The notes under the pieces: generated by a model
Told to the model about the DNA's origin: nothing
Seen by the model: only the letters and a program-made list of their open reading frames with translations
Databases searched by the model: none
Translations under genes and position numbers: made by a program
DNA from: Malacoraja senta
Lineage: Eukaryota
Direction of reading: 5' to 3'
DNA length: 64,000 bases
Assembly (NCBI GenBank): GCA_038087875.1
Contig: CM075987.1
Span: 23,996,001-24,060,000, forward strand
Shown: one piece after another, positions 1 to 13,707 of the stretch
How the letters are laid out: each line of letters starts with the position of its first letter
Position numbering within the stretch: position 1 is the first letter of the stretch

Positions 1-217
1 TTTTTTATGACACTATTTGAGAACAAATTTTGCACAAAATTGGAATGAAAACTGGGTCAGGGAAACTGAAACTTGAAGGAACAGTTCTATACCAAGACAC
101 CCATGGGCATGTATTTTTAATATTGCTACTTTTGAATGTATTATGATATACTGTAAATGTGGGCATGTACAGTATTATTGGCAACTATTCCTCACAGGTA
201 GATTATCAGGGAGGGTA

Positions 218-430
218 GGAACTGCAGATGCTAGTTTACACCGAAGTTAGACACAAAATGATGGAGTAACTCAGTGGGTCAGACAGCATCTATGGAGAAA
301 AGGAATAGGCGACATTTCAAGTTTTAGACCTTCTCCAGCCTGAAAAGGGGTCTCGACCCGAAGTGTCAGGTATTCCTTTTCTCCAGAGATGCTGCCTGAC
401 TTACTCCAGCTTATTACGTCCATCTTAGAT
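218..430. mobile_element. Penelope-derived short repeat, two inverted copies (fold-back)
   Basis: GGAACTGCAGATGCT...GAGTAACTCAG arm, then the inverted arm with a degenerate CTGAAAAGGGGTCTCGACCCGAAG motif. Confidence 0.65.
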
Positions 431-456
431 TAACAGGGAACCTGGTTTCAATTCAA

Positions 457-757
457 TGTGCAGGAAGGAACTGCAGATGCTGGTTTAAACCGAAGATAAA
501 CACAAAATGCTGGAGTAACTCAGCGGGACAGGCAGCATCTCTGGAGAGAAGGAATGGGCGACATTTTGGGTCGAGACCCATCCTCAGACAAGACAGGGAA
601 GCAAGAGATATAGACAGTGATGTAGAGATATATAGAACAATGAAAGTGCAAAAAAGTAACAATGGTAAAGGAAACAGACCATTGTTAGCTGTTTGCTAGG
701 TGAGAACGGGAACCTGGTGCGACTTGGGTGGGGGAGGGATGTAGAGAGAGGGACTCA
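457..757 (-). mobile_element. Penelope-like element 3' UTR/terminal fragment
   Basis: Reverse complement resembles the 3' UTR that follows the GIY-YIG ORF end at 44511-45178. Confidence 0.7.
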
Positions 758-1635
758 ATACCAGTTTATAAACTTGTGCTGTTAATTTAGCATTTAAATT
801 TTGTACAGTGTTCAGGAGCTGCAATGTAAAATTACAAGGGCAAGCACCTGCCTGCAAATGTACCAAAACCATTTGAGTTTGTGAGTTGTCGCTGGTGTGA
901 TGGATGGACGTCATTGACTCCTGCAACACTTTTGAAGGGCAAGTTTTATAACTGAACTTACAGTGAGCAGGCATCGAGCGAAATTGCACTTACGATGAGA
1001 AATTCTAAACGTCACGTTTTATCTAGCCTGTATCGCAACGGAAAATAATTTTGCAAGATTTGGTCCATTATAAACTGGAGAAAGCACCTCATCAATCAAA
1101 GGAAACCTTGTTTATCTTCCGTCATATATCACCAAGTGGAGAAAACTCTCAATGTTACTACATGGATAAGAGAAGACGGATTGAATTGGCTGCCTTCTTC
1201 ATATCTACCTTGTAATCCTGTTAGAAAATGCAAAGATGTTATTCTATCCCCACACGTTTCAGCACCCTTTGAAGGATCATTCCTTGCATAACTTTGCCGA
1301 GGTTTTCTGTGTAGTAAATACATGGCAGAGAGCCACGTATTCCTTAAGCATTAACAGCCATTTATTAAATAACTGTGGATTGATTTACCACCATTTGAAA
1401 GTTAAAGATTTTAGTGAAATACAGATTAAATTGGCAGTGACGAGGAGCCTGATAATTATAGTAACAGAAGGAAAATAACAGCTGAATTGCTGCTTTAAAC
1501 CTTTTTGTTTTGGTGGTGGATATTTAAAAGGATAAAATTAAATGTAGAAAAGAATGGGCATTAATTATTCAAAATCTGGTGTGTAGATACCAAGTGAAGA
1601 TGGAAATGTTTGAAAGGAAATACAAAGAGAATTAG

Positions 1636-1793
1636 ATGTGTTTGTGTCTGTGTCTCCAGCATTTTGTGTCTGAAGAAGGGTTTCGGCCCGAAACGTTGCC
1701 TATTTCCTTCGCTCCATAGATGCTGCTGCACCCGCTGAGTTTCTCCAGCACTTTTGTCTACCTTCGATTTTCCAGCATCTGCAGTTCCTTCTT
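1636..1793 (+). mobile_element. Penelope-derived hammerhead-motif repeat with 18-bp TSD
   Basis: TSD AAATACAAAGAGAATTAG at 1618-1635 and 1794-1811; CTGAAGAAGGGTTTCGGCCCGAAACGTT at 1670-1697. Confidence 0.8.
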
Positions 1794-1903
1794 AAATACA
1801 AAGAGAATTAGCAGTGAAGAATCATTGACGTAACATTTTAGCCCAAAATGAGCCATATCATTATTCAATCTCTTATTATAATTTTCCTACAAGAAAAACT
1901 AGT

Positions 1904-2210
1904 GGGCGCATGGTGGCGCAGCGGTAGAGCTACTGCCTTACAGCTCCACATACCCGAATTCGATCCTGGCTACGGGTGCTTGTCTGTACGGGGTTTGTAC
2001 GTTCTTCCCATGACCTGCGCGGGTCTTCTCTGAGATCTTCAGTTTCCTCCCACACTCCCAAGACGTGCAGGTTTGTCAGTTAATTGGCTTGGTATACATG
2101 TAAAATTGTCCCTAGTGTGTGCAGGGTAGTGTTAATGTGCAGGGATCGCTGGTCGGTGCGGACTCGGTGGGCCAAACAGCCTGTTTCCGCGCTGCATCTC
2201 TAAAGCTAAA
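1904..2210 (+). mobile_element. tRNA-derived SINE (HE1/V-SINE-like)
   Basis: A-box GGTGGCGCAGCGG, B-box-like TTCGATCC, shared body, CR1-like 3' tail. Confidence 0.9.
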
Positions 2211-3184
2211 GAAGTTTGTGAGGAAAAAGATTAACTTTTGATTTTGGGGTTTGAAAAACATTATGCATCCTGACATCATAAAATGATCGGACCAGAAGCG
2301 GTTACGATACCGATGAGTAAAACTTGATTTTTTTTAACTGATGGTCTGTGTGATAAACTTGAAAAGTGGAGGAGAATTTGAGCTGGATTTCGACCTTCAT
2401 ATCTTTATAATAGGGACATTTTTGAATGGATTATTATGTTTGATGGACATCACGTTCTAAAATAATTCCTCTCAAATGTATAATGGAATTTGGTTACAGG
2501 CATTTTGTCTCAGTGCATATTGTGATTTATTAAATCATTTACGTCGAGTTTAAATGGTCCATATCAAGTTTAGTCATTTGGAATATATTGAAATGCTTGG
2601 CTGGAAATTGTAATTTATAGGCATTGTTTGATTGTACCAACTGCCCAATATTGTTAGTGATTGCAGTCTGATTATAACAAATGAGATGCGATGGACCGTT
2701 TTACAAACCGACTTGGCATTGTGCAAGAAAATAGAAGCTGTATTAGAGTCCGGAAAATTCAAACTTAAGTATTGGCAAATATCTTGCACTTAAAGGGCAT
2801 GAGTCTTACGTTGTATTACTGATTATTACTTATCTAATTGGATGGATGTTTGAGACTCAGGAGCAAAGGTAAAAGTCTTACATCAGCTGATCATTGCTCT
2901 CCAACAGTTAGTTAGTTTAGTTTATTGTCACGTGTACTGAGGTGCTGTGAAAAGCGTTTGTTGCGCGCTGTACAGATCCATGATAAAATATCTGTACACT
3001 GTGGATGGCTCGATTGTAATCATGTATTGTCTTTCATTGGACTCCACAATGAGTCCAATATAGTGGGGGAGCGCAAATGGTCCACAACTCTCCCAATGTT
3101 GACATGAAATTCTGTCTGTTGAAACTACACCAAGCCAATCAGAATGAAGTCCAACAGACCCCAATGTGTTTAATAAATAGATTA

Positions 3185-3464
3185 CCGTGGCTCAGTGGTA
3201 GAGTTCCGGCCTTACAACGCCAGAGACCTGGGTTTGATCCGGGCTAAGGGTGCTGTCTGGACGGACGTCGTGGGTTTTCTCCGAGATCTTCGGTTTCCTC
3301 CCACACACCAAAGATGTACAGATTTGTAGGTTATTTGGCTTGGTATAAATGTAAATTGTCGCTAGTGTGTGTAGGATAGTGTTGATGTGCGGGGATCGCT
3401 GGTCGGTGCGGACTCGGTGGTCTGAAGTGCCTGATTCCATGCTGTATCTCTAAACTAAACTAAA
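3185..3464 (+). mobile_element. HE1-like SINE (internal deletion)
   Basis: Same family sequence with (CTAAA)n tail. Confidence 0.85.
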
Positions 3465-3879
3465 TGACTGAAGTCAGAAAACCGGTTACAAAATTCCTTC
3501 CCCTCAGCCTCAATTCAGTTGATTTAATTTGATTTTGCTATATTGTCAGTTTAAAAATAATAATAATATTGAAAGCATTTAAGATGAATACATGATGATA
3601 AAGACCTTCAAGAAGTAATACTCATAGTAAAATAATTGTAACTTAATTATTATAATTAAAATGAATGTTTTTTTTCTTTTTGTATATACAAACGTTCTTA
3701 ACAGGTAACAATGTGGAGTTGGATGCAGCCCTCTCTCATTGCACTTTGGGGAACATGGGTTTTAGCATCAGAAAGGTCCTGTTCTGTGGTAGTCTCTTCC
3801 ATTCAACTGCAAGCCATTTTCCTGCAGGACCTTTAACACCCAGAGATCTGCTTCAGGCTGTGGGTGATGGACACAGAGG

Positions 3880-4025
3880 GTTCATAAGTTCATAAATGAT
3901 AGGAGGAAAATTAGGCCATTCGTCCCATCAAGTCTGCTCTGCCATTCAATCATGGCTGATCTATCTTTCCCTCCTCACCCCATTCACCTGCCATCTCCCC
4001 ATTTCCCCTGACACCCGCACTAATT
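3880..4025 (-). mobile_element. CR1 LINE 3' end fragment
   Basis: Matches the 3' UTR of the CR1 copies at 12516-12878 and 56846-57207. Confidence 0.8.
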
Positions 4026-4214
4026 AATAAGGTGAAGAAGGGTGCCGACCCAAAACGTCATTTATCCTTTTCTTCAGAGATATACACTGACCCACTGAGT
4101 ATCATCAGTACTTTGTGGTTATCTTTAGTCTAAACCAGCATCTGCAGTTCTTTGTTTCTACATTCAGTTTGAAAGTGGATAGTTGGTGAACCGGTAGCAG
4201 GGAATAGTGACGTT

Positions 4215-4605
4215 GATTAATTTGATTTGATTTGATTATACCTTTAATAATCCTTTGCAGGAAATTACAATGCCACAACAGCTTCAAGACAGACATAACA
4301 CCACAAATAGCTTCCATACTTAACAAGTTAAAATACAAGTTAAAATACAAGTTAAAATACAATTAATTTAAAAAAAGTGCAGTTATTTATGCGCATTATA
4401 TAACCTTATCGCAGCTGGTAAGCAGGACTTCCTATGTCTCTCAGTTTTGCACATTGGTGCAATCAGTCTCTGACTGAAGATGCTGCTCTTGATCACCTTC
4501 AGGGCATGGAGTGGGTGAGTGGGGTTGGTCATTATAGAACCCATTTTTTTCAGAGTTCTGGCCTCTGCCACCTGCTGGACCGTTCGTTGCTCAGCCCCGA
4601 CCACC
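4215..4605 (-). mobile_element. Rex1/Babar-like LINE 3' fragment
   Basis: ORF 4383-4604 (NPTHPLHAL...KTERHRKSCLPAAIRLYN) is typical of the Rex1 C-terminus; short tandem-repeat tail. Confidence 0.7.
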
Positions 4606-5123
4606 TTCTGTTGCTTTTGAGAAGATCAAACTGGTGGGCAGCCCGCTTGAAGTGCTGGACACCTTGTTTCGAGAGAATTTCCATGGTGATTCCTGAATCA
4701 GAAGTTCTTATTTGATGAAGGGCACACATTGTTACCAAAACCACATTCATAACTGTTTTTTAAATACAACCAAATGAGTTTTGACATAGTCATAGCTATC
4801 AAGTAAATTATGAATTCTAAAAGAAATTACAGACTGCATGAATGAATCAGTTACAAATAATCTAAGCAGAGTTTAATGTAATTCAGTGTGATATTTCACA
4901 TTTTGAAATGGACTGTTTAGATTAGATATTTTTGACATGTACGCTGATTGCAAAGAGATTCTCACTGAGGGGAGAGGAAAGATTTTCGGTATAAGGAAAT
5001 ACTTCATATGTTTTTTTATTGCCACATTTTTATTTGAATGTGCCATCCAATTAGACATGTCTCATTCTGGTTGCTTCAAAAGCAATTTAATCATATTCAT
5101 GCCATTTCCTCACCCGGATATGT

Positions 5124-5810
5124 GTGGCACAATGGTGGATTTGCTGCCTAAAGGGCCTGTCCCACGGGCATGCGACTCCATACGGCAAGCGCGACCTAAC
5201 CGCAAGCGGGGGCCGTGCGGAGGTCGCGGGGCCGGTCCCACTTCGATCTCCGGAGCCGTATGGAGTTGTGCGGAGCTGGTCCCGACATCGCGCGGGGTTC
5301 CGAAAAACTGACACTGTTCAAAAATACCGCGCGGCAACGGCCTGACGCCCCGCAGCCGCATCGAGGCCGTACGCACCGTCTTGACGTCACTCGACCTCCG
5401 CGCGGCCCCGGCTTCCGATTTGGTAGCGGTTGCCGCGTGCAGCCGCATGCTGGTGGGACCGGCCCTGAACGGGGATCACTCGACCTCCGCGCGGCCCCTG
5501 CTTGCGGTTAGGTCGCGCTTGCCGCATGGAGTCGCATGCTCGTGGGACAGGCCCTTTACAGCGCCGGAGACCAGGGTTCGATCCTGACTACGTGTGGTGA
5601 CTGTACGGAGTTTGTACGTGTAACGGCCTGAGTTTTCTTCAGGTGCTCCGGTTTCCTCCCACACTCCAAAGACGTAGAGGTTTGTAGGTTAATTGGCTTC
5701 GTTATTTTGTAAAATTGTCCCTAGTGCGTAGGAAGTGTTAGTGTACGGGGTGATCGCTGGTCAGCGAGGATGAAGTGCCTGTTTCCGCACTGTGTCTCCA
5801 AAGGCTAAAG
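5124..5810 (+). mobile_element. HE1-like SINE split by a MITE
   Basis: GCTGCC|...|TTACAGCGCCGGAGACC rejoins to the SINE sequence seen in other copies. Confidence 0.85.
5152..5555. mobile_element. MITE with AGGGCCTGTCCCAC TIRs (PIF/Harbinger-like), family A
   Basis: Long terminal and subterminal inverted repeats; flanks TAA/TTA; near-identical copy at 19356-19778. Confidence 0.9.
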
Positions 5811-6223
5811 TCATGGGCTCTGCTGGCAGAGCTATTATCAAACAACAGCAGAATGGACACTCTGACATGTCTGATCACTCTGGGATAGAGCACTGACCTA
5901 TCGAGACAAGACAGGAAGGACAGGGGTAGCCGTTGTACAAGAGTGTAGGCCTGACCTGGAGACTTGTACCTGCCTTTGCTCATTGTGAAATAAGAGAGAC
6001 AGTCAAACTTGAAGTCAACAGGAACAGAGCAAAGTGACTGAGCTTGAGCATCAGAGGGTGAATTACACTGACAAAAAAACATGGGCCTTCCAGTCTTGTA
6101 ATGTGGCAGTAGATAGTTTTTGTGACAACTGGTAAAAATATAGTCAACAGCCTGGAAAAGAAACAATCCTTAACATTGTATCTTTTGGGCAATCTTTTGT
6201 ATCATTGTATCTTTTGGGATTTT

Positions 6224-6425
6224 GGGCAGCACGGTGACGCAGCGGTAGAGTTGCTGCCTCACAGCGCCAGAGACGGGGGTTCGATCCTGACTACGGGTGC
6301 TTGTCTGTACGGCGTTTGTACGTTCTCCCCGTGACCTGTGTGGGTTTTCTCCAGGTGCTCCGATTTCCACACACACTCCAAAGACGTACAGCTTTGTAGG
6401 CTAATTGGCTTTGATAAAAATTGTA
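6224..6425 (+). mobile_element. HE1-like SINE (3' truncated)
   Basis: A/B boxes and family body. Confidence 0.85.
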
Positions 6426-6639
6426 TCATCCTTTTCCGTGCCGACCAGCGATCGCCCTGTAAAATAGCACTATCCTATATAATAATAATAATAATAATCA
6501 TTTTATTTACTGGCGCCTTTCTAAAACCCAAGGACACCTTACAATGCATAGAATCACAACAAAACAAAAAAAACCCACATAATCGGAATAAATTAAATTA
6601 AAAAAAAATAATAATTAAAAAATTTTTTTAAAAAAATCC

Positions 6640-6858
6640 TACGCACTAGGGACAATTTACAATCTTTACCAAAGCCAATTAACGTACAAACCTGCATGTC
6701 CTTGGAGCGTGGGGGGAAACCGGAGTGGTCGGGGAAAATACACGCGGTCACGGGGAGGACGTTCAAACTCCGTACAGACAGCACCCGTAGTCGGGATCGA
6801 ACCCGAGTCTCTGGCGCTGTAAGGCAGCAGCTCTACCGCTGTGCCACTGTGCCACCCT
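6640..6858 (-). mobile_element. HE1-like SINE (interrupted; 3' piece near 6440-6480)
   Basis: Reverse complement of the family sequence. Confidence 0.85.
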
Positions 6859-7559
6859 GTATATACAGCAGCACACAATATTTCTCCATTATCTAACCCT
6901 TTAATTGCCTGGAATGATTCAGTTGAAGCTGTGCTCGTTTTTGTCCAATGCTTTCCTTCTAAGTAACAATGACAAAGTTGGATGCAGAATTATTGACAGA
7001 GTTTAACCAAAACTGCTGGATAATGTCCATCCTTCACGAGGTGATGACAATCGTCCTTTTAGCATTTTTGTTGTTGTGGTTATCCTCCAGTCCCACAGTG
7101 ATTTCAATACTTGGACTCTTCAATCCCTCTGCTACACAACTCACTTTCTGCTGTTGCATAAATACCTTGATCTTTTGCACGAACTAACATTAAACAGAGA
7201 GCTGACAAGTTGATCCATCTTGAGTAACCACGTGTTATTATTATAAAATTAAATAGCTCAGACAATAGCTCAAACCTTTTTAGCCTTTTTCAACTTTTTC
7301 CTCAATGCCAATGACTAACTGCCAACAGAACGGTGCAACTTTGTCTTTCTATTTTTATAAAATGACTAATATCCCTAATTGCATAGCAGTGAGTAAGGCT
7401 GACAAGTTTTGTATGCTTTCACCTAAGCACATTAACAATGTTCTCACATTGGCATATGTCTCCTAACAACTCTTTCGATTAATGGGAGAATGTTAACCGA
7501 TTCAAGGGATATGGTAATAAGCAGAAAAATAGCATTGAGGTAAAACTTCACTCGTGAAT

Positions 7560-7831
7560 TAGTTTAGTTTAGCGATGCAGTCTGACCAGCGATCCCCGCA
7601 CAGCAACACCATCCGACACACACTAGGGACAATTTACAATTATACCGAGCCAATGAACCTACAAACCTGCACGTCTTTGGAGTGTGGGAGGAAACCGAAG
7701 ATCTCGGAGAAAACTCATACGGTCATGGGGTGAACTTACAAAGTCCGTACAGACAGCACCCGTAGTCAGGATTGAACCCAGGTCTCTGGTGATGTAAAGC
7801 AGCAACTCTACCGCTGCGCCACCACGCCGCC
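7560..7831 (-). mobile_element. HE1-like SINE
   Basis: Family sequence with (TTTAG)n tail on the + strand. Confidence 0.85.
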
Positions 7832-8020
7832 ATAAGTAGTTGAAGCAGGGAAGGTGGCAACGTTTAAGAAACAATTAGACAACTACATGGACTGGACAGG
7901 TTTAGAGGGATATGGGCCAAACGCAGGCTGATGGGACTAGTGTAGATGGGACATGTTGGGCAGCTTGGGCAAGTTGGGTTGATGGGCCTGTTTCCACGCT
8001 GTATGAATCTATGACTATGA
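7832..8020 (+). mobile_element. CR1 LINE 3' fragment
   Basis: FKKQLDNYMD-type ORF2 end plus GGGCCTGTTTCC tail. Confidence 0.8.
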
Positions 8021-9619
8021 ATAAGACTCTTTGAAAGCCCACACGGTCATGGGGAGAATGTACAGAGTCCATACAGTCAGCACCAGTAGTCGGGATCGAA
8101 CCTGGGTCTCTGGCACTGCAAGCGCTGTAAGGCAGCAACTCCACCAGTGCTCCACCTTGCCGCCCCACCTTGACGAAAGATGTAACAAACTTGAAGGGCT
8201 GAATGGCTGACTTCTCTTCCTATTTCTTTGTCCTGATTGCAAAGGGATTACACCCAGAATGAGGCCATTCGGCCCATTGGATCCTAACAGCTCCCGGCTG
8301 AGCAATCCTATCAGTTCCATTTCCATCCGTTGTTTCCGCCAACTTATACCCTCCAACTTATTCTCTCTCATGTGCCCGTCAACTCTTCTTTGGCATTAAG
8401 AGACAATTACTATATTTTCTGGCTTTGTGATGCTTTGTCTCTAACCTTAATGATGCCAGTATAATATTGCACTGCTTTCAAATATGTAAGTTGTTCAGTT
8501 TGGTAGTAAATGCCGATCTCATAGAGTGAACACATTTCCCACATCCATTCCTAAAGTAAACGCTCTGTCCCTTTAGAGTCAGAGGCATCTAATCACGTGC
8601 AGGCAGAGGAGACTAGCTTAACCTGGCATCATGCACTATGTAGATAGACACAAACTCCTGGAGTAACTCAGCGGGTCAGGCAGCATCACTGGAGAAAATG
8701 GATAGGTGACGTTTCGGGTCGGAGCCCTTCTTCACACATGTGCAGTGTGGACTTTGTGGGCTGAAGAGCCTGGCCATGGCTGTACTGTGCTATATAGTCA
8801 CAAAATGCTAAAAAAATATCAGCCTGGAATTTAGTGATGATGATATTAATGAACAAGTATCAAATGATTTTCTAATGAATCCTATTTAAGTATTCATCTA
8901 CATTTATCACCAGTTGAATTTGTTTAGACTGTACACATTTTGCCCAATATGGGTCGCAGTTAATGAAACATATAGACCGTGTAGATGGGGCAGGCTGGAT
9001 AACTATTGACTTCTGCTCATCCATGGATAAGATTGTCTTGTCTACAAGAGATGCTTATTGCGGTGTTAAGTTCATCCTACCACAACCAGAGAGCAGACCT
9101 GATAGCTACTATCTACCACATTGGTGACCCTCGGACTATCCTTGATCGGACTTTGCTGGCTTTACCTCGGTACAAGCGACAATAAACTAAACTGAACTGA
9201 ACTTAAGAGAATATTATTCCTCATCTAAACTTTAATGTAATAAAAAGTAACGGCTGATGCTGGTTTATACCAAAGATAGACACAAAATGCTGGAATAACT
9301 CATTGAGTCAAGCAGCATCTCTGGAGAAGACGGATAGGTGACATTTTGGGTCGTGAACCTTCTTCAGATTCTTATTTTTTGAGGAAGTGAGATTGGAGTA
9401 GAAAAGTCAAGAAGTTTGATGTTTCACAGGCTGTTTGAAATAAAAAGGTGCAAAGAGGGTAGGGAGAGACCAAGAGAAGTAGGAGTGATGGAGAGGGGAG
9501 AAGGTGCCATCAGCTGGTGGTGAAGGCTCCTTCCTATAGAAAAAGGCCCAGAGATGGAGGCGACGGAAGAAAAAAGTGTTGCTTTTTACAACTTTGGCAG
9601 AGTTTACATATATTCATAT

Positions 9620-10012
9620 CTTGACAAGGCCAGCAGCATAATCAAGGACGAGTCGCACCCTGGCCACTCCCTCTTCTCCTTTCTCCTATTGGGCAAAAGG
9701 TGTAGAAGTATGAAAACACACACACCTCCAGATTCAGGAACAGTTTCTTCCCAGCTGTTATCAGGCAGCTGAATCATCCTATCACAACCTGAGAGCAGTG
9801 CTGAACTATTATCTACCTCACTGGTGACCCTCGGACTATCCTTGATCAGACCTTGCTGGCTTTACCTTGCACTAAATGTTGTTCCCTTATCATGTATCTA
9901 TACACTGTACATGGCTTGATTGTAATCATGTATTGTCTTTCTGCTGACTGGATAGCACGCAACAAAAGCATTTTCACTGTACCTCAGTACACGTGACAAT
10001 AAACTGAACTGA
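9620..10012 (+). mobile_element. Rex1/Babar-like LINE 3' end
   Basis: KASSIIKDESHPGHSLF peptide followed by a 3' UTR ending GTGACAATAAACTGAAC. Confidence 0.8.
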
Positions 10013-10778
10013 TCTTCACCCTACAATTTTGCAGAAAGCTAAAAACTTTCAAGATGCTGAACGGATCGGATCTTCTGAGATTTGCATCATTGCCGTGGTC
10101 TTGAGGTCAATTGCTTCCTGCGAGAGCTGGCAGAGCTCGGTGAAGTCTGATTCATCCAATGAAAAATCATCCCGATGACATTGGTGGCAATGTCAACTGT
10201 GTTTCGATTGTAGATACATCCAATCCCTGTCACACAGGATCAAGCCAGCATGTTAAACAATCTGCAGAGTTTCACCCCACATCTCTTATCTCTTAACATC
10301 GCACATAATTGTGGCATCTACTCTGAATAATCGGACAGATGTATGAGTGCCAAGTGTTTGACTGGTTATCAGTTTCATTAGAAATAATTTCATTAGAACA
10401 GATTCTACAGCTGAAGGTGAAAAGGACAAAGACTGCATTTTGAAAATTGCCATTTAGCTCCGTACAATATTTCTAACTCATTCAGAGGGAAAAGTCAATA
10501 ATATCATGGGTGATCTTTGAATTCAACTCGTTTTACAGTCTTAGCACTATATCCCCCTTACATAGAGTTATCAATTGACATGTCTTTTGAACACAATCTG
10601 TGACTAAACAGCCATAACCCTTTAAAAAACGGCAAAGATTTGAGCACCTGCACATAACAGAACATGGTCCTCTTCATTCTAAATTATCCATTTCTTATCA
10701 TTAAACTGTGATCCCTGACCCTAGCAGCATCAACCAAGGGGAATAGTATTTTTGCTTGTGTAGGAAGAAAAAAGAAGG

Positions 10779-11140
10779 ACAAAATCATGAGAGGAATAGA
10801 TCGGGTAGATGCACAGAGTCTCTTGCCCAGAGTAGGGGAATCGAGGACCAGAGGACAGAGGTTCATGGTGAAGAGGAAAAGATTTAATAAGAATCCGAGG
10901 GGTAACGTTTTCACACAAAGGGTGGTGGGTGCATGGAACAAGCTGCCAGAGGAGGTAGTTGAGCCTGGGACTATCCCACCGTTTAAGAAACAGTTAGACG
11001 GGTACATGGACAGGACAGGTTTGGATGGATGTAGAACAAGCGCAGGCAGGTGGGGCGAGTGTAGCTGGGACATCGTTGGCCGGTGTGGGCAAGTTGGACC
11101 GAAGGGCCTGTTTCAACACTGTATCACTCTTTGACTCTAT
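10779..11140 (+). mobile_element. CR1 LINE 3' fragment
   Basis: ORF MRGIDRVD...SRTRG...FTQRVVGAWNKLPEEVV. Confidence 0.9.
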
Positions 11141-12394
11141 AACTCCACTAGACCAAGTTGGGTCTGCTTCCCCAACGCAAGATTCCACCACTCACCCGCT
11201 CCTCCAATGCAATATTCCACCATTCACGCATAGCCCTCAACTGCGCAGACGCGGCTCATTTCTCCTCAACCCCCAGCACTCCCTCCTCCTCCTCCTCTTC
11301 ACCCTTTGTTTCTCTTGGTTTTCTAAAGTCAAAGAATATGGGTCAATCCAGTTCAATCTCTCCTTAAGGTACAATCCCCTTATCACAAAAATAAATCTAG
11401 TAAAGTTTTATTGGACCACCTCCAAGATAATACATTCTTCTTTAGTTAGTTTTGGATCCCATAAATGCACACAATATACCAGGTAAGGTACATCATTGTT
11501 AGATGTAATTGTAATAAGACTTTCTTCCTCTATTACTTCCAAATCATTGCTGGCGTTTCACACGTTAAACTCCAATTTCCCTCTGAATACCAATAACTAA
11601 TAGTACAAACTTTTTGCTTTTTTAACGATTTCTTCACAGTGCCAAGTGGATCTGTTGTTGGACAGTGAAAAACTGCCCTCTTGTAAAAATTCTTGTAACT
11701 GGAATTAGGGTCGTTTCCTTAAAATAATTAATACAATTATTCACTTTGCTATTAATTTTGTGTCAAATGTCACTGAGATCAGAGATTGGCTTGGTATAAC
11801 TGTAAATTGTCCCTAGTGTGTGTAGGATAGTGTTAGTGTGCGGGGGTCGCTGGTCGGCACGGACTCGGTGGGCCGAAGGGCCTGTTTCTGCGCTGTATCT
11901 TGAACCTAAACAAAATGAACATTAACATCATATCACCGTTTCAATGAAACCATAAGAAAGTTCTGTCAGAGCCTTGTATGTGTGGAATCCAGAAAAGGTA
12001 ACACAGTATTCAATTTTCTTTGACTAGCTTCACAAGTACTTTTGGATAGAATACTCCATCATAAATCTTCTGTTCTCAGATTTGGAGACTGGAATCTTAA
12101 GGTATTGCTTCAGAGTCTGTCAACTTGACGGTATTCTGATTGATTGTCATGCAAAAGAACCATTGGCATTTATGGATTAGCCAAGTATAACTCAGTTCAA
12201 CGTTCAAATCTTTCATCAGAAAAATAATAAATGCCTTGTATTGCCAGCTGAAACACTTGGGAATTATCTGCATGGATATTCTTGGCACTGCCTATTATGT
12301 GTACTTTTACAGAAAATAAACTTTTGTTGTTAACACATCCACATTATTTGCAGATAGAACACACTGCCAGGACATCTAATTAATTATATTGTAA

Positions 12395-12940
12395 TAGAGC
12401 CATAGAGACATGCAGCATAGAAACAGGCCCTTCGGCTCAACTTTCCCACGTCGACCGACATGCCTCATCCACACTAGTCCCACCTGCCTGTGTTTGGCCC
12501 ATATCCCTCTAAACCTGGGTAGAGTGGATATGGAGAGGATGTTTCCACTAGTGGGAGAGCCTAGGACCGGAGGTCATAGCCTCCAAATTAAAGGATGATT
12601 TGTTTAGGAAGGAGATGAGGAGGAATGTCTTTAGTCAGAGGGTGGCGAATCTGTGGAATTCATTGCCGCAGAAGGCTGTGGAAGTCAAATCAATGGATAT
12701 TTTTAAGGCAGTGTTAGATAGATTCTTGATTAGTACGTTTGTCGGGAGTTATGGGGAGAAGTCAGGTGACTGGGGTTAGGAGGGAGAGATAGATCAGCCA
12801 TGACTGAATGGCGGAGTAGACTTGATGGGCCGAATGCCCTAATTCTGCTCCTATCACTTATGACATGACCTTATGACCTAACGCTATCCTATCCATGTAC
12901 CTGTCTAAATGTTTCTTAAGTGATGCAATAGTACCTGCCA
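12395..12940. mobile_element. CR1 3' fragment (+, 12516-12878) nested in a CR1 3' fragment (-)
   Basis: The minus-strand tail resumes (ATCCTATCCATGTACCTGTC) after the plus-strand insert. Confidence 0.75.
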
Positions 12941-13707
12941 TGTGTGTTCCTTTCCCCAATTAAATACTGGAACACCAAAGCTGTCAATGTCCATCACAAA
13001 TATCACTCCGTGGACATCACCCCACCCTAGTTATTTTCTGAACCTTGCTGTAATCATTGGCAATAAGATCAGCTTTTTGACCATGTATCCACATCAACTC
13101 CAGCGGAGCATTTATTTATCTCCATAACATCATCCAAGCCTTTTCTATCATTGGACTTGATTCTTGGATGGCCTTTCCCACTTTACTCTCTGCAAACGTG
13201 AGGTTCTCTAAAATATTGCAACCCATGTCCCAACTCGCACAAGGTCCTTGTACTCACTGACTTAAGTTGATCCCTTATCAGGGATTGCCTTGATCTAAAA
13301 TTAGGAGTCTTGTCTTCAAACCCATTTTCAGTAGTATGAATGATACTTTATGGTCACATGTGACAAGTCGGATTGATATTCTTTGTTTTGTATCAAAGGT
13401 ATGCAAAGAGTCGCTACATAATGGGCGGCGACAAAGTTACAAAAGCATTCCATTTTACACAAACCATTCTTAACTTCTCTCCCTCGTTCTTTAAACTGCT
13501 GCCTAACGCCTTCCAAGGCATCTGACCTCCTCCAGTTATGGTCACTTAAAGATCCCAAGTTTAATTACTTCCACCAAAGAGAGCCACATCTTCTGCACGA
13601 TGAACCTCACAAATTTCACCACCCTCTGCTGCATGAACATTTCACGGCACTAACACATGCATGTTTTTTGTATCTTTCGTTTTATATTTCTTTCAGCATT
13701 CTGATTT

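Noticed and set aside
809..880. 72-nt AG/GT-bounded exon candidate
   Set aside because: Weak splice context, unrecognisable peptide and no partner exons.
1904..2000. SINE heads as tRNA genes
   Set aside because: The A/B boxes continue into a multi-copy SINE body and there is no complete cloverleaf.
4937..5587. Overlapping GC-rich ORFs (also 19312-19834 and 26249-26736)
   Set aside because: Stop-poor palindromic MITE sequence with no transposase motifs.
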